DNA of 64,000 nt from Azolla caroliniana (taxonomy: Eukaryota; Plantae; Polypodiophyta). Each line of letters starts with the position of its first letter. Position 1 is the stretch's first letter. This document shows positions 1-11,759 of the stretch, in pieces. The stretch covers positions 15,438,001 through 15,502,000 of the forward strand of contig JBHGNT010000020.1 in the NCBI GenBank assembly GCA_043228905.1, given 5' to 3'. Made by a program: the position numbers and the translations under genes. Below the pieces are notes generated by a model, which did no database searches, had not been told where the DNA came from, and was given only the letters and a program-made list of their open reading frames with translations.

Positions 1-204
1 TTAGGTGAGATTGTGCTCTATTCATCATTTTATCTTAGGGGTTCAATTGCTTTCTTTGCAGCAACTGAGGGGAGGGTTGACTCCTAATCTATGGCTTACA
101 TGGAAAGAGCCTGAACCAGTCAGCCACAATCCCTTCTACCTTATTCTCCTCATTTTGTGGAGTTTCTGAAACGATTATGATGTCAACTTCTATCTGTCTC
201 TCAG

Positions 205-1325
205 GGATACTTGGGACAACATTAGCAAGGTATCTGCCAAAGCCTCGTGTATACATAGGATGTATGAAGTCAGGCCCAGTTCTCTCTCAAAGGTATGCTG
301 TAACATTGAGCTGAAAGTACCTCTCCAAAAGTCAACCAGTGGATATTGTATCTTATTAGATTGATACATATCCTATTTTTGCAGAGCCAAGAAATTCGGA
401 GAGGATGGAAACAAGTATTTTAGGCATGCCACAGGGCAGTTGTATGTTGTTTCAAAGGATCTTGCTACCTATATATCGATTAACCAGTATGTTCTTTGGA
501 AACCAGACTTATGTGTTGTCCATGCCAGAGGTTATCATGATTAAGATCTTCATTTCCTACAGGCAAATATTGCACAAATATGCAAATGAAGATGTCTCCG
601 TGGGTGCATGGTTCATTGGCTTGGATGTGGAGCAAATTGATGATCAAAGCTTTTGTTGTGGAACACCTCCAGGTTATTTTTCTTTCTAGGCCTGAAAAAG
701 CTCTAGTGTTCATTCATGCATGCATGTTAGGGATGTGCTGGTCCTCCGTTGTACCTTACATTGAGTTTCCACTTAACTGTTAGGGTACTTACAAGAATAC
801 CCGAGTTCTCAAAACTGCCAATCTACCTCCATGTAATAGAAATTTTTGTACAACAAACCCTAAACCCTAAACCCTTCACAATTTTTTTTTACCCCTGTCA
901 ATTTATTTTGGTTACATATTTTTTCATGCCACATTGTGAATGGAAGGCTCAGGCAGGAAATGCATGTGTAGCTTCATTTGACTACCCTAAACCCTTCACA
1001 ATTTTATTTTTTACCCCTGTCAATTTATTTTGGTTACATATTTTTTCATGCCAGATTGTGAATGGAAGGCTCAGGCAGGAAATGCATGTGTAGCTTCATT
1101 TGACTACCCTAAACCCTTCACAATTTTATTTTTTACCCTTGTCAATTTATTTTGGTTACATATTTTTTCATGCCAGATTGTGAATGGAAAGCTCAGGCAG
1201 GAACTGCATGTGTAGCTTCATTTGACTGGACATGTAGTGGCATATGCAATTCTGTTGAGAGAATGTTGGATGTGCACCAGCGCTGTGGTGAAGGAGATGA
1301 TGCTGTTTGGAGTGCGATTGCTTAG
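205..1325 (+). CDS. Beta-1,3-galactosyltransferase (GT31 family), last four exons; 5' part lies outside the window; possibly defective
   Basis: GT-AG exons at 205-292 ([28 protein letters not shown]), 385-486 ([18 protein letters not shown]...YISINQ), 563-672 ([21 protein letters not shown]...CCGTPP) and 1177-1325 ([22 protein letters not shown]...TAG). These are the conserved C-terminal motifs of plant B3GALT/GT31. Confidence 0.92.
864..1227 (+). repeat. Tandem triplication (~120-122 bp unit) of the last intron end, splice acceptor and start of the terminal GT31 exon
   Basis: Unit ACCCTAAACCCTTCAC...GCTTCATTTGACT starts at ~864, 984 and 1106. The acceptor reads CCAC in copy 1 and CCAG in copies 2 and 3. 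Confidence 0.95.
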
Positions 1326-2704
1326 ATTAACATATGAGATTACACTAACACATTCTTTCACCCATTCAAATAAGAGCATCTTCATCTGAAGATCAGTCCC
1401 AAAGTACAGCAGAAGTGTACATGTCCACATCTTCTTGGGCTGTGAGGCATTTTTGTTGTGCGGAAATTTCCATGCTTATATTCAAACGTATCTTTTTGCA
1501 CAGAAAATAGTAAAATCAGGGCTGTGTATAGTCGCATGAAAGTTCACTTATAAAATTGATTTGTGAGATCTCTAGTTTATTTGTTGAGAGATCATTTATA
1601 TAATTTGGACTGAGAGGGTATGCCCAATATTTGTAGTGAAAGACATCAAGTAAATACATTCAGTTTCAATTGACATACTTTCCATTGTTACTTTTCAAGT
1701 GGCTCCTTAAGATCTTTACATTTTGTACCCATGGGCTTCTTTTGCTAATTGCCAACATGGCTTGAAATATACGATGCCTCTTAGAGAACTATTTGTACCA
1801 AAATGCTATGAATATTCTCTAATGTAACATGCTTGTTGCATACATTAGTATAGTCACTCTCACAAATGATCGTCACCTTCCATCTGGCTCGTACATATTT
1901 GACAGATCCTCTGTTATCGAGGGATGGCAACATCAAGATCAATCCCTATCCCTAGCCGATGTAATCATACATTGAGCTGACCTACACACCCAATAAGTTA
2001 GCGAGTCCACTGAATCAACCAAACAGCTATAATTGCATCAATAGTGTATCTTAAGGGGGGAGAGCTCTGTAACTGCGACCTAGGTCTCCCTCGTATTAAC
2101 TTGTCATAAGTTGTATCTGACTGTTGTATTTCTTTTATTGGAGTGTGAGTCTGGATCATACTGGAATGCACCCAATTAGATATACACTTAACATTCTCAT
2201 AGGTAACAGATGAGCAACCATGCTCTTGCAAGTTTTACCAAACCATTAAAAATACTGTTTGTGTAGGTAAGACAAGCGATCAGTTTCACAAGGGTTACCT
2301 AGCCATGAAAGAAGCATAAGAGATATAGATAATAAAGATTGTGATAGTGACCATGGATTGTACAAATTCCATAAGATTGATGATGAAGAGCACTTCACGT
2401 TGCAGTATGCAACATATGACAACTGTATAGTGCCTTCTCATTTGAGCTTAGGATAGAAACTCCTAAAAGATATGAATCATGTAACTACTGCATCCATTTT
2501 CAGTTTCAGGCCTTTATTTTATGTGAATCACGTAACTACTGCATTCATGATGTTGTAACCTTCTTGTTCTCATTGGCCACTTCAGAATTCCTCTAGCATC
2601 CACAATTCATCGTTTTAGATAATACACTTTCAGATGCATTGCTGCGTTCTCAAAGGATATTCATTTGCACAACGTTGTATCTAAGAGTTGTACCATATAT
2701 TTTA

Positions 2705-2796
2705 TTTTAGATTACATCTCTCAGAAGTTATTTCGAACCATGCTATCTTATTTTAGGTTACATCTCTCAGAAGTCATTTCGAACCATGCTATCTTA
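2705..2796. repeat. 46-bp tandem duplication overlapping the PPR stop codon
   Basis: TTTTAG(A/G)TTACATCTCTCAGAAGT(T/C)ATTTCGAACCATGCTATCTTA occurs twice. Confidence 0.85.
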
Positions 2797-4714
2797 GGAT
2801 GTTCTTCTGAATGTTTGCCATACATAAATATGCTCCCAAATCATTTTCATTCAGTTGTTGTGCATGTTCAAATGCTAATTTCCCAAGCTCCATATTGTAC
2901 CATTTTTGGCAAGCTCCTAAGATAGAATGCCACATTAAAGTTCCTGGTTGCACTGGCATCATGCTAGCCATCATTACGGCTTCTTTCACTTGACCTGCTC
3001 GCCCAAGGAGATCAACTATGCAAGTGTAATGCTCCAAAGATGGCAAGAAGGAATAGTTCTTCATAATAGTGTAAAGGAATATCACTGCATCATTCTGTAG
3101 GCCAGCATGACTATATCCACTGAGGATAATACTGAATGTGACCACATCTGGTTCTAAGCCGTCCATCACGAGTTGATAGAAACAATGAGAAACATTTATG
3201 ATATCTCCCATCTGGGAAAATGCTGCCAGTAGTGCATTCCATGATACTAAATCGTGAACTTGAAGCTTGAAAAAAACTGTACGTGCTGACATGGGCAACC
3301 CAGATTTGGAATACAAATCAATCAAGGCATTACCAACAATGTGCACTTCTTCTAGCCCCTTCTTAGCTATATCAGCATGCATCTCCCTACCCTTGGTTAG
3401 AGATCCAACACTACCACAAGTTTTCAAGCTGCAAACTAATGTAACCTCATTGAATGGGATACCACTTAGTTGCATTTTCTCCAAGCAATCAAGAGCCTTT
3501 CCACCATAACCATGTTCACTGTATCCTGCCATCAATGCTGTCCATGGGAATGCCTCACAGACTTGGAGTCTGCCAACCGCATGTTGTGCTTCTTCAAGAA
3601 AGCCACATTTAGCATAAGCATCAACCAATGAGATGCCGATACGTAGATCTGCTTCAAATCCTTTTGTCACAGCATTGGCATGTAATATTTTTAGAATTTC
3701 CACATTATCTTGTATATTTCCACAAGCCTTCAATCCAAAAACATATGTGATCAAATCTGGTGATATACCCTCACATTGCATACATTTCAGACAAAAGAAT
3801 ATTTTCTCACTTTGCCCATGTGCAGCATACCCTGCTATGAGTGCATTCCATGAAACCACATCTTGATCAACGAGTTTATGACATACATCCTCTGCTTCAT
3901 AAAATAGACCACATTTGGCATACATAGAAACCAAAGCACTCCCAATCATACAATCACTTTGGAGACCTTTCATAACAATTTGAGTATGTATGATTTGGCC
4001 CTTCCCAGAACCTCCTACACCGATAATGCCACAAGCTTTTAAAGTGCAAATGAAAGTGACAACATCTGGAAGGATGCCATCATATTGCATCCGATCAAAA
4101 CAGTCCAGGGCCTGCTGAGCCTGTCCATGATCGATATAACCCATCATTAATGCAGTCCAAGCAACGTCTGATCGGACCGCAAGCGTATCAAACACTTCTG
4201 CTGCTGTTTTAACCATGCAACATTTAGCATATACATCAACCAAGGTGCTCCCAATGAGCATCTCATGTTCCAACCCTTTCTTCATAATCTCAGCATGAAG
4301 AGTCCGCAGCTTTTCAGCACATCTGACGCTACCACAAGCTTTCAAACCACATACAAAAGTAAAAGCATTCGGTGAGATGCCTTCCTGTTGCATTTTCTCC
4401 ATGCAATCTATTGCTTCGTCATCCTGACCACATTCAACATGTCCTGACATGAGGGCAGTCCACAAGATGACATCACGGACGGCAATGGAGTCAAATATTT
4501 CCTGTGCTTTGGCAAAGATACCACATTTCCCATACATATTGACCAAGGCAGTAGCAATGAACACATCCGAGTTCTCAAGAAAGCCCTTTTCTGTAAGCTC
4601 AGCATGCAACCGAGAACCAGCCTCCACATCCCTGGATGCAGAGCAGGACTTGAAGAAGGCTATACAATCTGCCCTGCACAACCGGACCTCATGCTGCAAT
4701 ACTTTGTTCTGCAT
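2789..4714 (-). CDS. PLS-class pentatricopeptide repeat protein (organellar RNA-editing factor type) with truncated E domain and no DYW
   Basis: 641-aa intronless ORF with repeated triplets ALVxMYxKCG / DVVSWNALIAGY / PDxVTFxCxLKACG. It ends with HYTCIVDLLGRAG...WHSILGACQKW...AYLCMANI and stops shortly after. The true start may lie in an upstream exon. Confidence 0.93.
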   Translation of the reverse strand: MQNKVLQHEVRLCRADCIAFFKSCSASRDVEAGSRLHAELTEKGFLENSDVFIATALVNMYGKCGIFAKAQEIFDSIAVRDVILWTALMSGHVECGQDDEAIDCMEKMQQEGISPNAFTFVCGLKACGSVRCAEKLRTLHAEIMKKGLEHEMLIGSTLVDVYAKCCMVKTAAEVFDTLAVRSDVAWTALMMGYIDHGQAQQALDCFDRMQYDGILPDVVTFICTLKACGIIGVGGSGKGQIIHTQIVMKGLQSDCMIGSALVSMYAKCGLFYEAEDVCHKLVDQDVVSWNALIAGYAAHGQSEKIFFCLKCMQCEGISPDLITYVFGLKACGNIQDNVEILKILHANAVTKGFEADLRIGISLVDAYAKCGFLEEAQHAVGRLQVCEAFPWTALMAGYSEHGYGGKALDCLEKMQLSGIPFNEVTLVCSLKTCGSVGSLTKGREMHADIAKKGLEEVHIVGNALIDLYSKSGLPMSARTVFFKLQVHDLVSWNALLAAFSQMGDIINVSHCFYQLVMDGLEPDVVTFSIILSGYSHAGLQNDAVIFLYTIMKNYSFLPSLEHYTCIVDLLGRAGQVKEAVMMASMMPVQPGTLMWHSILGACQKWYNMELGKLAFEHAQQLNENDLGAYLCMANIQKNILR

Positions 4715-5436
4715 CCCCTCATCATCATGCTTACGTCATGTATGTATGCGGGCAAGTACGTATGGGTCGCATTAGGCGTGTGAGTTGTACATATAAGTGA
4801 ACCGACAAGAAGCACTCTGAATCTGTAAGCTTTATTTATGTATGTACACATCTCATGGCGTTCAAGTAGGTGTTTGCTTTACAATGTCATAAAAGCACAC
4901 ATGATCTCTTCCTTCCCTTAGAGCATACTACATATAGCATAGCATAACATAGGGCATCACACCCTCTCGATTGTTTTCTGGATATTTGGGCTGCATACGA
5001 CTCTTGAACATGTGGCACGGAATAAAATATCGCAACATAAAGAATGATCTAAATTTTGTCAAAAGTGGAATGAGTAGGTGGGATAAGAGGCATCAAGTGA
5101 AACTCGACCAAGAGGTAATTGACGAGACTGGTGGGTGTTCGGTCATATTATGGGCTACTAATTAACCCTCTCAACCAAATTCTTACTTATAAGTTATAAC
5201 CGTGCTGATTAAAAAGAAAGCAAGAGCAATTGTGTAATTTATTAAAACGCATGAGGAGGTCCGGAGAAGGTGTGTGTGTTTGTGGTCATTCATTAGAGAA
5301 GAAGCAGATAGTAGTTACTAGTCATAGAGAAAAGACGTTTTCGATAAAGGTCTGTCTGCTGGAACATCTCATTTCTCCCTTTCTTCTGAGACGATAGTGA
5401 TGCCAACAATAATTCGTTGCTACGGCCATTAGCCCA
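4715..5436. promoter_or_regulatory. Probable bidirectional promoter/5' UTR region (722 bp) between the divergent PPR genes
   Basis: Head-to-head start codons at 4714 (-) and 5437 (+). No individual cis-elements are firmly identified. Confidence 0.5.
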
Positions 5437-7524
5437 ATGACGACGTTGAGCTACCACGGTCCATCCCTTACCTCTCCAATTGATCCAATCCATGAGCACT
5501 CTGCGCCCCTCAGCCACTACCATTGTGTCAGAGATAGGGTCTCATCTCAGCCCGACAATCATATTATTTGTGGACCAGAAATTACCCTGAGACCAGTGGA
5601 GGATATCACATCCTGTTTAGAACAATTCGATGGCCCTCTTAACATTAAAGAGCTCATCTTCTTGTCTCAGAGGTGCAGCAGGGACAAGAGCCCTCATCTT
5701 GCTCACATGCTTTACATGCGAATGTGTGCTGATGGGCTCGAAGCCCATCCTGCTGTAGGGAATTATATTGTCCCTATGCTCGTAGAAACCCGGGATGTGT
5801 TTGAAGCTCAACAAGTCTTCAATCGTCTTGTCGAATTGAATGAACACTCATGGACTGCCCTTATTCATGGGTACCTAGCGTGTGGCGAGTTCCATCATGC
5901 ATTTCAAATCTTCAAGCTAATGTATAGCTATCATGTCTACCCAAGTGTCTACACATTCACGGGCCTCGTAAAACGTTGTGCTGACTTCCAATCTTTGGAG
6001 AAGGGTTGGGACATTCATGCTGAAATAGTGAAGGAAGGATTTGAAGAAGATCTTTACTTGGGCACCATTTTGCTTGATATGTATGTTAAATGTGGTTGGG
6101 TTGTCGAAGCACATGATGTATTTGATGAGCTTCCTCTTCAGGATGTTGTGTCATGGAATGCACTCATTGCTGGGTACGCAGAGCATGGGCCTAGTATAGA
6201 AGCATTGCATCTTCTCGAGAAAATGCAGTGTGAAGGGATGGCCCCAAATACTGTAACTTACGTTTGCTGCTTGAAGGCATGTGGTAATGTAGGGTGCATT
6301 AACATGGGCCGAGATTTGCATTCGGAAATTGTAAGAAAGCAATTTGAGAGCAATTTATATGTGTGTACGACACTTGTAGATATGTATGCTGCATGTGGGT
6401 TCCTTATAGAAGCTCAGGAAGTTTTTGATAAGTTCCAAGGTAGAGGAGTTACTTCATGGAATGCACTCATTGTAGGTTACATTGAACATGGATTTTCCCA
6501 CAAAGCGTTGATGTGTTTGGATCAGATGGAGGTGGAAAATGTATCTCGTACTCAAATCACGTATGTTTCCTGTTTGAAAGCTTGTGGTGCCATAGAAGCC
6601 TTGGACAGGGGACAGAGGCTGCATATTGATATTGTCAAAGAAGGTTTAGGAGAAGATGATCTAATCCCGAGTGCATTGGTTGACATGTATGCGAAATGTG
6701 GTGCATTTGCAGAAGCGCTATGTATATTTGATGGGCTTCCTGTTCAGGATGTAGTCTTATGGACCTCACTTATTTCAGGGTATTCCGAGCACGGGCATTC
6801 TGTGGAAGCACTAGAATGCTTGGATCAGATGCAAGGTGAAGGGATCTTGCTTGACACCGTTGTATTTATGTGTAGTTTGAATGCATGTGCTAACTTAGGA
6901 TGCATCGACAAGGGTCAAGATATACACTTCAAGGTTACTGGCAATGGGCTTGAGCATTCTGATGTGAACCTTGCAAACACTCTCATTGACATGTATGCAA
7001 AATGTGGTAGTATGATGGATGCCCAACATATTTTTATTACGATGCCAACAAGAGACAGTGTAACATGGACGACATTTATCAATGCCTATGCTCGGCATGG
7101 GGAAGTGAACCGTGTTTTTCATCTGTTTGAGAGGATGAAGAAGGAAGGTATGAGACCAGATGATGTCACCTTTCTGAGCATACTGACTGTATGCAGTCAT
7201 GCCGGGCTTTTGGATACAGCTCAAGAATATTTTGATGGCATGAGCACAAAGTATGGCATCACTCCAAATCTTGAGCATCATAACTGTTTGATTGATCTTC
7301 TTGGACGTGCGGGGCAGCTATATGAAGCTCTCAATATGCTGGAGAAAATGCCTTTCCTTGCTGATCTGGTGGGATGGCGTACTGTTTTGGGTGCTTGCCA
7401 AAAATGGGGTGCTGTACACTTGGGTAGGCACGCCTTTGAGTATATGGTTAAACTTAATGAGAGTAATGCTTCAGCATTCATCTTAATGTCCAATTTGTTC
7501 GTGGATGAACCTGATTGGGATTGA
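5437..7524 (+). CDS. PLS-class PPR protein with truncated E domain and no DYW
   Basis: 695-aa intronless ORF with an S/P/H-rich N-terminal extension and PLS repeats (DMYxKCG, DVVSWNALIAGY, CLKACG). It ends with HHNCLIDLLGRAG...WRTVLGACQKW...AFILMSNLF and then stops. Confidence 0.94.
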   Translation: MTTLSYHGPSLTSPIDPIHEHSAPLSHYHCVRDRVSSQPDNHIICGPEITLRPVEDITSCLEQFDGPLNIKELIFLSQRCSRDKSPHLAHMLYMRMCADGLEAHPAVGNYIVPMLVETRDVFEAQQVFNRLVELNEHSWTALIHGYLACGEFHHAFQIFKLMYSYHVYPSVYTFTGLVKRCADFQSLEKGWDIHAEIVKEGFEEDLYLGTILLDMYVKCGWVVEAHDVFDELPLQDVVSWNALIAGYAEHGPSIEALHLLEKMQCEGMAPNTVTYVCCLKACGNVGCINMGRDLHSEIVRKQFESNLYVCTTLVDMYAACGFLIEAQEVFDKFQGRGVTSWNALIVGYIEHGFSHKALMCLDQMEVENVSRTQITYVSCLKACGAIEALDRGQRLHIDIVKEGLGEDDLIPSALVDMYAKCGAFAEALCIFDGLPVQDVVLWTSLISGYSEHGHSVEALECLDQMQGEGILLDTVVFMCSLNACANLGCIDKGQDIHFKVTGNGLEHSDVNLANTLIDMYAKCGSMMDAQHIFITMPTRDSVTWTTFINAYARHGEVNRVFHLFERMKKEGMRPDDVTFLSILTVCSHAGLLDTAQEYFDGMSTKYGITPNLEHHNCLIDLLGRAGQLYEALNMLEKMPFLADLVGWRTVLGACQKWGAVHLGRHAFEYMVKLNESNASAFILMSNLFVDEPDWD

Positions 7525-9471
7525 GAAAATAAACAGCACGTTTCCCAGGAAAATGAGTGTACCACTGAAGTGTGGTTGATGCTACGATGTGATGGATTCA
7601 TAATACAGGTGTTTGTACAATAATGTCTTATTCTGGCATGGTAAGAAAAAGTAGAGGAAGATGAGAGTGGAGAAAATCAATATATAATTTTAATCAGACG
7701 AACTCAGGAGATTATATTGATGATATTTTAGCACAAGCGGTAAGAATGAAAATAAAGACGTCAGAGGGAAAACAGAATTACAAAGGAAATTTCTTCTGCT
7801 CAACTTCTCATACAACTTAAGCCTTTACATAGCTATAATAAGCAAATCAGGCTGTTTTAAAATAGCAGTAAAAACCAGGGAAATCTAAGAACCAAATTCC
7901 CACAAATTAAGGAGCCTATTCTCCTCCTAATTAATTCAACATTATCAGATTTTAATCCTTTCTAAAACCAGAAGTAATTAATAACATTGTAAATTCTTTT
8001 CTTGAGAGAGAGAGAGAGAATACTTGGTGGCAAATGGAACCTCTCATTGTTGGGTTTTAGGAATGGAGTGAACCAAAATGAGATCCTCTGCATTCAAAGC
8101 TTGGTAGATCCATATTTTCATGCTAATCTTTATAGAGAATGTTAAGAAGATGTGAAAAGGCATGATATAATGTTTCTTTTTTTGCAGTCTAATGCAAGGT
8201 TTCGGTGCTTTGCTTATTCAAAGATATTTCAACAATGACCATCTGTGATCGGAAGGTTTGGCAACATTATCATGGCCTTAGAACATATTAAAACAAAGGA
8301 AGTATAAAACTTACGCTACATGTGTTTGGTTGTGGCTTCTTTAGGCCCTAAGGCTATCTATCACCTTGAGACTTGTTCAAACTTCAAATGTTGGGAGTTT
8401 TGTATGATATTGCCTATTGGTCTTGTAGATGAAGAAGTGAATCATTGCATCTCAGTCTTGAACAAGGGAAATACTTGTAGTGAGAGTTCAGAAATCCATC
8501 ACGATGTTGGAATAATCATCATAATATATGCTCTCTATGGAAACATGTAGTTTCTATGGAATCATCATGGTGTAATGTTATCATAATACTCTTGATGCAA
8601 GTCAAAGGGCACTTGGAATCCATGCACCTTGGTCACTGAAGGCTACATTCTATGATCAATAAAATTGGAGGGAACAATAATGGAAGATGTTTAGAAGCAT
8701 AACTTAGTTGAATGCAAAGGCATATTATAGGAACATTAGGTATATTGCATCTATTGTTAAAGATATTTAAGACTTCTAGGTTTTGAGGGTTTGCATGTGC
8801 ATAATGAAACCTCCTTGTGTGATTGGTTTGATTTGATGTATCAACTATTGGTCCTAGATGTCTCCAGTGTCTTCTGCATAGGTTTTGGAATGCATCACAT
8901 ATGACTACATTGGGCATGATTTTTAGTAATTCGGAAGTTTGCAGAACCTTTTAAAGTACTTCTAACAAGAATGTAGCCATTGCCAACAACGTTATGCATG
9001 CTTGTTGCTCATCCACATGATCACATAGCCAAATTAATGGAAGATCCAAAGACTGAAATTTCAAAACAAGCGTAGTTTTTCATTTCAACCTTTTGTTTTA
9101 CCATTTTAAAATCCCCCCTGTACAAGTTTGGCAAGAGTTCTTTGTGATGCTTCTTTGTTCCATGGGTCATGTTGCTGACTTGTAGATGTTTATGTAATGT
9201 TGATGGAAACTTTGTGAAGTAACTGAAACTAAAGCAAGATTGAAGGCCAAAATGAATGCGCCAAGTGTGTCAAAGGAAAACTATTGTTGGAAGACTGTCT
9301 TCAAATGTGGTCTAAGAGAGGGGATGTTTGACATGGAACAATTTTTTAGCAAAGAGAGGAAACAATTCATAGAATATGAAAGCCTTGATGACCAAACTAT
9401 CATCAAAGATAAACACATATTTGGCCTCTTCTAATAACTTTAAAAAAATAGGTTATATCTTCACACACACA

Positions 9472-9509
<38 letters not shown>

Positions 9510-9689
9510 ATTTAGTCATGACTACAATAACACATGTTAGCTATCCATCCACTTCATGCTCGTAAACCATTTGAAAAATCATTCCACTGCATGCATTATG
9601 AGTATAATCATTGAGCTTCAAGAAACCTAGTGTTTTGATTTTTGTTTTAGTATGGATGACATGAATTGATCCATATTTGTAATCATAAT

Positions 9690-10672
9690 GTGTGTCATAG
9701 ACATTGGCCTTTAACAAGCATGTTGAATGTCAGCAACAAAAGAATCACAAAAAAAAAAATTCGCACATCTAGTTGGTTCATTGACATCATAAAATGGTTT
9801 CAAAAAATGGGTGTTGAATCTCTTAGAGCTTTTAAGAGATGTTATGCAATATGTAGTTATTGAGGAAAGGTTAATGGAATCACTAAGGAAGAAGTGAGAA
9901 GATGCTAAATTGATGAAATTAGACATGATCACACAAACTAGGTATTGAAGTTGCATTATGGCATCAAAATATGTCAAATGTAAAGGCATTTAAGGTATGT
10001 GACAGAGGCCTGATTAAGGATGAATATCACTTGTTTTATACATGCTCAATATATAATGTGATTAATATATGCTATGATGACATTAACTTGAGTAACATAC
10101 TGATGACATTTTTGGAAAAAAAGAAAAACATATTGATGACATTAGTGTAGGTTGTGCTTCGAACTAGGGATATCCTTACTTTGGACTGATACATCAAGAA
10201 AACTTGTGTACTATTTTTGTCCACCATCTACAATATCCACTAAACTCCTATTAATGCCAAAGCTCAAGTTGTGTTGGAATTGGTCAGCCCAATAACACTT
10301 TGGATTCTATGGAAACATCAGTGTAGACAGGTCTTCTCCCACAAAACCATGCATCGAGTAATGTTATTGCAAGAGATATGGAGTGATGTTGTAGCCACTC
10401 TAAAGAGCCAATACGATGGCCTCATGGGCGGATCCGATGGAGTTGAAAGACAACTATTAGCCTTCATCCAACAATGGTTGTCCTCTTCCTTTCTTGAGTC
10501 AGTGGGCATCCACATAAAATGGAACTATCGCATCCCTGTAGGGATTTGTATATAACATTCTCATTTGTAAAATTTTATAACTAATGGAAGCAATTCTAAA
10601 AAAACAAACAAACTTGTGTACTATTAAGTTCCATGGGTCAATATCGGCCTCTCTATGGACAATAAATCTCTC
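9690..10672 (+). mobile_element. RTE-like LINE 3' fragment, interrupted by an L1-like insertion
   Basis: Colinear with 61520-62275 (CAAAAGAATCACAA, GTTATTGAGGAAAG, GGATGAATATCACTTG = DEYHL). It resumes after the insert with CCATGGGTCAATATCGGCCTCTCTATGG and a TC tail. Confidence 0.7.
10216..10609 (+). mobile_element. 5'-truncated L1-like LINE with A-rich tail and 16-bp target-site duplication
   Basis: Encodes ITLWILWKHQCRQVF...LLQEIW, an L1-type ORF2 C-terminal motif. The A-rich tail is at ~10598-10609. TSD AAACTTGTGTACTATT is at 10200-10215 and 10610-10625. Confidence 0.8.
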
Positions 10673-11002
10673 TTGCTTTTATCCGATAAAAACATACAAT
10701 TATATTGATTGTATGTAAAATCCACTTGTTAACAACTTCTTAGTCTCCTCTCCCTACCTATTAGAGGGACATCATGTAAAGTCAATAGAAAACCTGAATA
10801 TGCACTTGTTACAATAAATCTCTCTCTTTTTTCTTTTCGTAAATAATGGATTTCATTATGAAAGAAAAAACACCACCATGACTAACTTACTACAAAGTAT
10901 AGAACCCTTCTGTCTATCTAGGGATCTAAAGACTACGACGACTCCAAACTCAATGCCACCCTACACACCAATTCAAAAGTCGAATATGATGATATGTGAC
11001 CT

Positions 11003-11489
11003 TGTAGAGTTCTCTGTTTACTCTGGGTTGGGCATAGCCACAAACACAGGGGTGTCCATTTCGGACACTTCACCAAAGGGGTGGTTAAAGGAATGATGTT
11101 ATTCGACACAAATCTAATTCCAGTCCAGGTATTTCTGAATACTCTCCGGATGGTTAATACACAACCAATTAATGAAAACATGCGTAAGATTACGAATAAA
11201 AGTGTAGAATGGAAAATAGTCAAGAGACACAATAAAATTAAATTAGAACGCTCAACTTGTATTACATCTGCTATTAATTACATCGATTCTCAATCCTTTT
11301 ATAGGCATCCGGTTGGAAATACAAAACGGTGCCTTACCGGCTACCGGCTATCAATCGATCCGAATCTGGATCGGTACAACTATTCTAGATCCGTCCGTTC
11401 CGATAATATTTTTTAATAATTATGCTAATATTATTCCCCGAATTTTCCTTTTACATATTAACACTCCGGTCCATACTCCTAGGCCAACA
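11003..11489. repeat. LTR-like repeat, copy A
   Basis: TG...CA bounded. 11060-11489 is a diverged direct repeat of 11760-12181 (GGACACTTCACCAAAGGGGTGGTTAA ... CCATACTCCTAGG(C/A)CAACA). Confidence 0.6.
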
Positions 11490-11506
11490 CATGGCACGCT
11501 CGTGGG

Positions 11507-11690
11507 TAGGAATCGGCAACGGTTCGGTTTAGGCTTAGCCGGTTTGGCCTGATCCAAGCCAAACCGGTTAAGCCTAAACCGGTTTAGGGGTTCTCAAACC
11601 CGAACCAAACCGATCCCTAAACTGGTTTGGTAAACAGCTTATAAACCGGTTTCCAAACCGGCTTGGAAACTGGTTTGGAAACCTCCCTCC
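11507..11690 (+). mobile_element. hAT-like transposon end with AAACCG/CGGTTT subterminal repeats
   Basis: Starts TAGGAATCGGCAACGG, resembling plant hAT termini of the TAGGGATGGCAA type. It has dense AAACCGG motifs and a 23-bp stem hairpin at 11526-11580 (one mismatch). No right end found. Confidence 0.5.
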
Positions 11691-11759
11691 CTCTCTCTCT
11701 CACGTTTCTATAGTTCTCCCTCCCTCTCCCCCCCCCCCCCCCCCCTCTCTCTCTCACGT

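Noticed and set aside
855-876. Interstitial telomere (AAACCCT)n
   Set aside because: Only about two to three units; a telo-box-sized motif rather than a telomeric array.
8200-9060. Possible PIF/Harbinger transposase relic on the minus strand
   Set aside because: Only faint resemblance (FNNRCNIPNV), with no recoverable DDE motifs, TIRs or TSD.
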